From positions 10,199,337 through 10,263,336 of the forward strand of contig CM082586.2 of the NCBI GenBank assembly GCA_040954595.2: DNA of 64,000 nucleotides, given 5' to 3'. Below are positions 1-6,679 of the stretch, in pieces. Within the stretch, counting starts at the first letter, position 1, and each line of letters opens with the position of its first letter. The position numbers were made by a program, and so were the translations under genes. Below the pieces are notes generated by a model. It was not told where the DNA came from. It searched no databases and saw only the letters and a list, made by a program, of their open reading frames with translations. This stretch comes from Balanoglossus misakiensis (taxonomy: Eukaryota; Animalia; Hemichordata).

Positions 1-2
1 CA

Positions 3-3000
3 GAAAATGACAGACTTTTACCTGGTGGTTTACTTGTTACTCCAGCCGTGTTGAAGTTAGAGCCTCGTGGTAATTCATGTCGAATCCCAGTAATGGTGAC
101 CAACTATGGAGCACGTGCTGTCACAGTTCCCCCTAAAAGCACCCTATGTAACATGAACTTAGCATCTAATGTCTCACAGCCTTTAGATCCATATGGAGAT
201 GATATTGATACAAACTCAGATGGGACCACCTCACCAAAAGTACCCGATTGGCTGATAAAAGACCTGGGATTACAAGAGGCAGATACAGAATTAACAGAAA
301 TCCAGAAAGACCAAGCCTTGGCTACCATTGGTAAATGGCAAACCGTGTTCTCTACAGGTGAGAGAGATTTGGGACACACAACATTGGTAACACATTCGAT
401 AAAGTTAACGGATGAAACCCCCTTTAAAGATAAATACCGTCGAATCCCTATGGGTATGTACGAAGAATTGCAACAGTACCTGCAAGATATGCTACAGAGT
501 GGTGTGATTAGAGAATCAAACAGCCCGTGGTCCTCAAATGTTGTATGTGTCAGAAAACCTGATGGGAAGCTGAGGGTGTGTATTGATTATAGACGTCTCA
601 ACGCCAAAACCATTAAAGACGCTTACGCATTACCCCGGGTATTGGATACGCTTGATAACCTTAGTAACGCCGAGTGGTTTTCATCGCTTGATCTACGGTC
701 TGGATATTACCAAGTAGAGATGGCGGAAGACGACAAAGCGAAGACAGCTTTCACGGTGGGAAACTTCGGCTTATTTGAATTCAACCGTATGTCTATGGGT
801 CTGACCAACGCACCTGCAACTTTCCAGCGTCTCATGGAGAAGTGTTTTGGAGAATTGGCGTTCAGAGAATGTTGTGTGTATTTAGATGACATCATAGTAT
901 TTTCGAAGACTTTTGAAGACCACCTCAATAGATTGGAGCGGGTATTCCAGCGGCTGGCATCACATGGATTAAAGTTGAAGGCAACGAAATGTGTTTTATT
1001 CCAGAAGAAGGTGAAATATCTTGGACACGTGGTATCAGCCGACGGAATTACAACGGACCCAGACAAGGTAGCAGCTCTGAAGGAATGGCCAATACCCACT
1101 ACTGTAACAGAACTGAGAAGATTTCTTGGATTTGCAGGGTATTACAGGAGATTTATCCAAAGCTACAGTAATATTGCCAAGCCACTTAACGACTTGCTGT
1201 GTGGACGTCAGTCAAGGAATAAGGCGGGAAAATTTGAAAAACTCCAGTGGGGACAACAGGAACAACAAGCTTTCGACACTCTGAGGAAGAGCCTAATGTC
1301 GTCACCAATACTAGCCTTTGCTGACTACTCACTTCCATTTGAAATACATACTGATGCAAGTTCCACAGGTCTGGGAGCAGTGCTGTATCAACGCCAGAAA
1401 GGTATTCTCAGAGTAATTGCCTATGCAAGTAGAGGACTCACCAAGTCTGAAAGTAATTATCCAGCTCATAAATTAGAATTTTTGGCACTGAAATGGGCCG
1501 TCACCAAGAAGTTCAACGACTACCTGTATGGAAGCAAATTCACGGTGCATACAGACAACAACCCTTTGACGTATGTGTTAACTTCTGCGAAACTGGATGC
1601 GGTGGGACACAGATGGTTGTCAGACTTGTCATTGTACGACTTCTCTATTGTTTACCGGAGTGGTAAGAAGAATATAGAGGCTGACGCTTTGTCTAGGATT
1701 CCATGGAATAGAGAGAATCCAGAGACGGAAACCAATCTGGGAGCCGATGTAGTCCAGGCGCTTTGTCGAGCAACAGAAGGTCCATACGTAACTTCATTCG
1801 GAATGGTAGCAGATGAGGACAGACCTGCAGTAGTTCAAGGTGGGGATGATGTGTTCTGGAAGACGGAGCAGTCCAAAGATTCAACAATACGGTATGTGAC
1901 TGATCAGCTTGAAAAGGACCACAAACCATTTATGAGAGATCATACAGGAGATATCAGACTACTTATACGAGATTGGAAACGCCTTGTTCTGAAGAATGGA
2001 GTCCTATACAGGAAATGCTTCATCGATGATATACAATATTTGCAACTTGTCTTACCAGTACACCATAGAAAAGATGTCCTGGAGGAACTACATGATAAAC
2101 TTGGACACTTTGGCCAAGATAAAACCCTGGATCTGGTACGACGAAGATTCTACTGGCCTAGGATGTCGATGGATGTTCAAAAGAAAGTGGAACATTGTTT
2201 ACCATGCATTCGCAGGAAAAGTTCAACTTCCTTACCCAGAACTCCCTTGGTTAATATTCACACATCACAACCGATGGAAATGGTGTGCATCGACTTTCTC
2301 CATATACCAACACCAGATCAAGGATATAGCAACATATTAGTGATGACGGACCATTTCACTCGATACGCTATAGCAGTACCTACAAAGAACCAGTCTGCCA
2401 AAACAACTGCCAAAGCATTGTTTGAACATTTGATTTTGCATTATGGGTTCCCAGGACGATTACACAGTGACCAGGGGCGAAACTTTGAGTCGTCTACAAT
2501 TCAGGAACTTTGCCGAATAGCAAATATTAAGAAGTCCAGGACCACTCCATACCACCCCCAGGGAAATGGAATGTGCGAACGATTTAATAAGACGTTATTA
2601 CAGATGCTTGGAACTATGAATGAAGACAACAAAACAAGATGGGCTTCACATGTCAATACGATGGTTCATGCCTATAATTCTACAAAGCATGAAAGCACCG
2701 GATATTCACCTTTCTTTTTGATGTTTGGTCGTGAACCAAGACTGCCTATAGATGTATCTGGACATGCAGACCAGACCAACCTAGAATATGGTGGAACAGT
2801 TTCAGATTATGTGACGAAACTTGCCGAACGGTTGGATTACGCCTATAAAGTAGCAACGGAACGGTCTGTTAAGTCTGGTGAACGGCAGAAGAAGTCATAT
2901 GATAGAAAAGTGAAGGTGGCCATAATACAACCTGGTGATACTGTGTTGGTGAAGAATACAGGACCTAAAGACAATTACAAATTGGCAGACCAATGGGAAA

Positions 3001-3641
3001 AGGATCCATATACAGTGATTTCACAGCCCATAGAAGACATTCCAGTATACGTGGTACAAAAACAAGTTAAGGGTGGAAGGAAGCGGACACTACATAGAAA
3101 TTTGCTACTCCCAATACCAATAATTCCGGACGAACTGGATGACGATGTTAACACCAAGATGACGCAGCGTGATGTTAAGCAGAGTGTACCGGGTGTTATC
3201 AACGATGCTACCCAGGATGCAGTGGACGAAGAGGATGACGGCATTGGTAAATTGCAATTCGTGTCAACTATCAACTTGCCAACAGAACACAATGCTCTTA
3301 ATCCTACTGCTGCAGAATTCATCCCATCCAGAAGAGAAAGTTCCCTGATGGACAACCCCACAGGTATGGTTAATCCGGATGGACCTTCTCAAATACTTAC
3401 CTCAGATTTCTCGAATCATATTTTGCAAAGTACGGATGGTTGGTCATCGAGCGATCCAGATGGTATCACTCCTGCTACAACCAACATCAGTCCTGACTCC
3501 AGTAGTAGTACTCAACCTGAACCACGCTATCCTACACGACAGAGACGACCTCCAGATAGATATAGTCCCGAACAATGGAATCTAAAACAGTTTGCTCATA
3601 CGACTTTATCTTCTATACCATTTATTAATTGCCACTATTAA
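3..3641 (+). CDS. pol: Pol polyprotein (RT, RNase H, integrase), 5'-truncated by the window edge
   Basis: The 1197 aa ORF 48-3641 stays in an open frame upstream to nt 3 (ENDRLLPGGLLVTPA), so the annotated GTG start is not real. Motifs: SPWSSNVVCVRKPDGKLRVCIDYRRLN, LDLRSGYYQV, MGLTNAPATFQR, YLDD, TDAS, LEF, TDNNPL, ADALSR, H-x4-H...C-x2-C, IDF/SDQG/CERFN. Confidence 0.97.
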   Translation, partial: ENDRLLPGGLLVTPAVLKLEPRGNSCRIPVMVTNYGARAVTVPPKSTLCNMNLASNVSQPLDPYGDDIDTNSDGTTSPKVPDWLIKDLGLQEADTELTEIQKDQALATIGKWQTVFSTGERDLGHTTLVTHSIKLTDETPFKDKYRRIPMGMYEELQQYLQDMLQSGVIRESNSPWSSNVVCVRKPDGKLRVCIDYRRLNAKTIKDAYALPRVLDTLDNLSNAEWFSSLDLRSGYYQVEMAEDDKAKTAFTVGNFGLFEFNRMSMGLTNAPATFQRLMEKCFGELAFRECCVYLDDIIVFSKTFEDHLNRLERVFQRLASHGLKLKATKCVLFQKKVKYLGHVVSADGITTDPDKVAALKEWPIPTTVTELRRFLGFAGYYRRFIQSYSNIAKPLNDLLCGRQSRNKAGKFEKLQWGQQEQQAFDTLRKSLMSSPILAFADYSLPFEIHTDASSTGLGAVLYQRQKGILRVIAYASRGLTKSESNYPAHKLEFLALKWAVTKKFNDYLYGSKFTVHTDNNPLTYVLTSAKLDAVGHRWLSDLSLYDFSIVYRSGKKNIEADALSRIPWNRENPETETNLGADVVQALCRATEGPYVTSFGMVADEDRPAVVQGGDDVFWKTEQSKDSTIRYVTDQLEKDHKPFMRDHTGDIRLLIRDWKRLVLKNGVLYRKCFIDDIQYLQLVLPVHHRKDVLEELHDKLGHFGQDKTLDLVRRRFYWPRMSMDVQKKVEHCLPCIRRKSSTSLPRTPLVNIHTSQPMEMVCIDFLHIPTPDQGYSNILVMTDHFTRYAIAVPTKNQSAKTTAKALFEHLILHYGFPGRLHSDQGRNFESSTIQELCRIANIKKSRTTPYHPQGNGMCERFNKTLLQMLGTMNEDNKTRWASHVNTMVHAYNSTKHESTGYSPFFLMFGREPRLPIDVSGHADQTNLEYGGTVSDYVTKLAERLDYAYKVATERSVKSGERQKKSYDRKVKVAIIQPGDTVLVKNTGPKDNYKLADQWEKDPYTVISQPIEDIPVYVVQKQVKGGRKRTLHRNLLLPIPIIPDELDDDVNTKMTQRDVKQSVPGVINDATQDAVDEEDDGIGKLQFVSTINLPTEHNALNPTAAEFIPSRRESSLMDNPTGMVNPDGPSQILTSDFSNHILQSTDGWSSSDPDGITPATTNISPDSSSSTQPEPRYPTRQRRPPDRYSPEQWNLKQFAHTTLSSIPFINCHY
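400..1160 (+). other. Reverse transcriptase domain (approximate bounds)
   Basis: Catalytic YLDD at 879-890, with LDLRSGYYQ, KTAF, GLTNAPATFQR, YLGH and FLGFAGYYRRFI motifs typical of Gypsy RT. Confidence 0.93.
1330..1700 (+). other. RNase H domain (approximate bounds)
   Basis: FEIHTDAS (D at 1353), KLEFLALKWA, VHTDNNPL and N-x-x-ADALSR supply the D-E-D-D residues of LTR-retroelement RNase H. Confidence 0.93.
2060..3125 (+). other. Integrase: HHCC zinc finger, DDE core, GPY/F-type C-terminal module (approximate bounds)
   Basis: HDKLGH...CLPC zinc finger; CIDF, HSDQGRNFES and GNGMCERFN catalytic motifs; GYSPFFLMFGR; GDTVLV...KLADQWEKDPY...RTLHRNLLLP. No chromodomain is recognisable downstream. 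Confidence 0.92.
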
Positions 3642-3690
3642 TCAAATATCTTTAACTTACTTTAAATGACGAGGACGCCATTTCTCCTCG

Positions 3691-3700
3691 CAGGGGTGCG
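3691..3700 (+). other. Polypurine-tract-like plus-strand primer site
   Basis: CAGGGGTGCG directly abuts the LTR 5' TG. It is short and pyrimidine-interrupted, so the call rests mainly on position. Confidence 0.6.
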
Positions 3701-3797
3701 TGTAACGGCCTTGTTGATCCATTGAATTTGTATACATGTATATCTGTATGTATGTTATACCTGTATCTTATAGTAATTAGTTATTCAATTATTCATA

Positions 3798-3945
3798 TGA
3801 CGTAATAGTACTTACCTTCAATTGGTTGATCTTAATTATATGCAAACCACCTGGAAGTTTCATTTGACCAATGAACACAAGCTAATCTGGCACTATGATG
3901 TAATTGCTGATATAAAAGGACATGGTGCATAAAATTGGTCAGTTC
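3798..3945 (+). promoter_or_regulatory. LTR Pol II promoter: CRE/ATF-like site, CCAAT boxes, TATA box, initiator
   Basis: TGACGTAA 3798-3805; ATTGG 3821-3825; CCAAT 3868-3872; TATAAAAG 3911-3918; TCAGTT Inr 3939-3944 with its A (3941) exactly 30 nt after the TATA start. Confidence 0.75.
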
Positions 3946-4004
3946 ACCTCTGTAGCCAGACCGGCCACACACGTTGGAACTGACATGTATTTGTTCCATT
4001 TCAG
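3940..4004 (+). repeat. 65 bp LTR-internal direct repeat, copy 1
   Basis: CAGTTCACCTC...CCATTTCAG is identical to 4195-4259 (offset 255). Confidence 0.97.
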
Positions 4005-4197
4005 GTTAGTTTCCTTGTACCTTACCTGTTGCTTGAAGCTTTGTATTTTGGTGCATTCTACCGACTCATTTCAGCACAAGTAATTGGTGTCTTTAACTTG
4101 CGTCAATTTTCCAATTGTATGTCTATATTTTTCACTTGCATGAATTTTGGTGTATTCTGTTGGAGGTGAACTCCCATACATGTGTGTAATTTAGCAG
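4005..4197 (+). other. Putative intron within the LTR R region
   Basis: CAG|GTTAGT donor at 4004/4005, T-rich interior, and TAATTTAGCAG tandem acceptor ending at 4194 or 4197. No transcript data. Confidence 0.45.
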
Positions 4198-4259
4198 TTC
4201 ACCTCTGTAGCCAGACCGGCCACACACGTTGGAACTGACATGTATTTGTTCCATTTCAG
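4195..4259 (+). repeat. 65 bp LTR-internal direct repeat, copy 2
   Basis: Identical to 3940-4004. Confidence 0.97.
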
Positions 4260-4261
4260 TT

Positions 4262-4310
4262 ATTAAATGTAAGGCCTATGTCTTTGTTACCCGTAACCTG
4301 TTTGGTGTGA
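4262..4310 (+). terminator. Putative polyadenylation signal with downstream GU-rich element
   Basis: ATTAAA at 4262-4267 and TGTTTGGTGTG at 4299-4309, positioned near the LTR 3' end as expected for the R/U5 boundary. Confidence 0.55.
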
Positions 4311-6679
4311 ATATGTTGGAATGAACGGCGACAACCGTGACAAAATTTTAGAACTATCTCTCGATCTACAGAGTCTAGTGGAAAACTTTATTATGCACAT
4401 AGGCCTATCTATGTATTATGCGCATCACAACAGAAATCGGTAAATAAACGAGGCTGTATTTGGAAGCAACCATGTAAATTTTACAACTATCCGTCGATCT
4501 ACAGAGTCTGGTGGAAAACTTTCTTATGCGCATAGGCCTATTACGTGTTCTGCGCCTCACAACAGAAATCGGTAAATAAACGAGGCTGTTTGGAAGCAAC
4601 CATGTAAATTTTAGAACTATCCGTCGATCTACAGAGTCTAGTGGAAAAACGTTCATGTGCGCATAGGCCTATCATGTGTTATGCACATCACAACAGAATT
4701 TTGTAAACAAACGAGGCTTTGTTTGGAAGCAACAATGGAAATTTTAGAACTATCTGTCGATCTACGGAGTATAGTGGAAAACGTTCATATGCGCATAGGC
4801 CTATATATGTGTTCTGCGCATCACAACAGAATTTTGTAAACAATCGAGGATGTGTTTGGAAGCAATCATGGAAATTTTAGAACTATCCGTCGATCTACAG
4901 AGTCTAGTGGGAAACTTTCTTATGCGCATAGGCATATGTATGTGTTCAGCGCATCACAACAGAATTTTATAAATGAACGAGGCTGTGTTTGGAAACAACC
5001 ATGGAAATTTTACAACTATCCGTCGATCTAAGGAGTCTGGTGGAAAACTTTCTTATGCGCATAGGCCTATTACGTGCTCTGCGCCTCACAACAGAATTCG
5101 GTAAATAAACGAGGCTGTTTGGAAGCAACCATGGAAATTTTAGAACTATCCGTCGATCTACAGAGTCTAGTGGAAAAATGTCTTATGCGCATAGGCCTAT
5201 CATGTGTTCTGCGCCTCACAACAGAAATCGGTAAATAAACGAGGCTGTTTGGAAGCAACCATGGACATTGTACAACTATCTTTCGATCTACGGAGTATAG
5301 TGGAAAACGTTCATATGCGCATAGGCCTATATATGTGTTCTGCGCATCACAACAGAATTTTGTAAACAATCGAGGATGTGTTTGGAAGCAATCATGGAAA
5401 TTTTAGAACTATCCGTCGATCTACAGAGTCTAGTGGGAAACTTTCTTATGCGCATAGGCATATGTATGTGTTCAGCGCATCACAACAGAATTTTGTAAAT
5501 GAACGAGGCTGTGTTTGGAAACAACCATGGAAATTTTAGAACTATCTCTCGATCTAAAGTTGAAAAGTTTCTTATGCGCATAGGCCTATTACGTGTTCTG
5601 CGCCTCACAACAGAATTCGGTAAATAAACGAGGCTGTTTGGAAGCAACAATGGAAATTTTAGAACTATCCGTCGATCTACAGAGTCTAGTGGAAAAATGT
5701 CTTATGCGCATAGGCCTATCATGTGTTCTGCGCCTCACAACAGAAATCGGTAAATAAACGAGGCTGTTTGGAAGCAACCATGGAAATTGTACAACTATCC
5801 GTCGATCTACATAGTCTAGTGGAAAACGTTCTTATGCGCATAGGCCTATCTATGTGTTATGCGCATCACAACAGAAATCGGTAAATAAACGAGGCTGTAT
5901 TTGGAAGCAATCATGAAATTTTACAACTATCCGTCGATCTACAGAGTCTGGTGGAAAACTTCCTTATGCGCATAGACCTATTACGTGTTCTGCGCCTCAC
6001 AACAGAATTCGGTAAATAAACGATGCTGTTTGGAAGCAACCATGGAAATTGTACAACTATCCGTCGATCTACAGAGTCTAGTGGAAAACGTTCTTATGCG
6101 CATAGGCCTATCTATGTGTTATGCGCATCACAACAGAAATCGGTAAATAAACGAGGCTGTGTTTGGAAGCAACCATGGACATTTTAGAACTATCTCTCGA
6201 TCTACAGAGTCTATAGTGGAAAACTTTCTTATGCACATAGGCCTATCTATGTGTTCTGCGCCTCACAACAGAAATCGGTAAATAAACGAGGCTGTTTAAA
6301 AGCAACCATGGAAATTTTACAGCTATCCGTCGATCTACAGAGTCTAGTGGAAACGTTCTTATGCGCATAGGCCTATATATGTGTTCTGCGTATCACAACA
6401 GAATTTTGTAAACAAACGAGGCTGTGTTTGGAAGCAACCATGGACATTTTAGAACTATCTCTCGATCTACAGAGTCTATAGTGGAAAACTTTCTTATGCA
6501 CATATGCCTATCTATGTGTTCTGCGCCTCACAACAGAATTCGGTAAATAAACGAGGCTGTTTGGAAGCAACCATGGAAATTTTACAACTATCCGTCGATC
6601 TACAGAGTCTAGTGGAAAACGTTATTATGCGCATAGGCCTATATATGTGTTCTGCGCATCACAACAGAATTTTGTAAAC

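Larger units (their letters stand above)
1..4342 (+). mobile_element. Ty3/Gypsy LTR retrotransposon, 3' part (pol, PPT, 3' LTR); 5' LTR, gag and protease lie left of the window
   Basis: Domain order RT-RNase H-integrase is diagnostic of Ty3/Gypsy rather than Copia. A purine-rich tract precedes a TG...CA-bounded LTR, and the sequence switches abruptly to satellite at 4343. There is no env ORF (only ~60 bp between the pol stop and the LTR). Confidence 0.96.
3701..4342 (+). repeat. 3' long terminal repeat (642 bp)
   Basis: Starts TGTAACGG and ends CCGTGACA (7/8 terminal inverted repeat, canonical TG...CA). It follows the PPT and is followed directly by satellite. The partner LTR is outside the window. 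Confidence 0.9.

Noticed and set aside
104-3585. Alternative-frame and antisense ORFs overlapping pol (e.g. 707-1099 -, 1996-2340 +, 2975-3361 -)
   Set aside because: These are short shadow ORFs of a long coding frame with no recognisable motifs.
3126-3641. Chromodomain or env gene after integrase
   Set aside because: The tail is low-complexity acidic/Ser-Pro with no aromatic-cage pattern, and only ~60 bp separate the stop codon from the LTR.
3731-3742. 12 bp palindrome TATACATGTATA in U3
   Set aside because: It lies in a low-complexity TA/TG-rich stretch where such palindromes arise easily, and no function is supportable.
3940-4259. Tandem hammerhead ribozymes (retrozyme-like) or a tRNA in the 65 bp repeats
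   Set aside because: There is no CUGANGA...GAAA core (only CTGACAT) and no cloverleaf or T-loop consensus. An Infernal search would be the definitive test.
4343-4500. Tandem 5S rRNA, snRNA or tRNA gene cluster (similar unit size)
   Set aside because: The monomer shows no 5S, tRNA, spliced-leader or snRNA consensus, and no recognisable Pol III A/B/C boxes.
5096-5115. CENP-B box-like TTCGGTAAATAAACGAGG in many monomers
   Set aside because: The CENP-B box needs TTCG-N4-A-N2-CGGG (7 nt between TTCG and CG). Here the spacing is 9 nt and the end is CGAG, so the resemblance is superficial.
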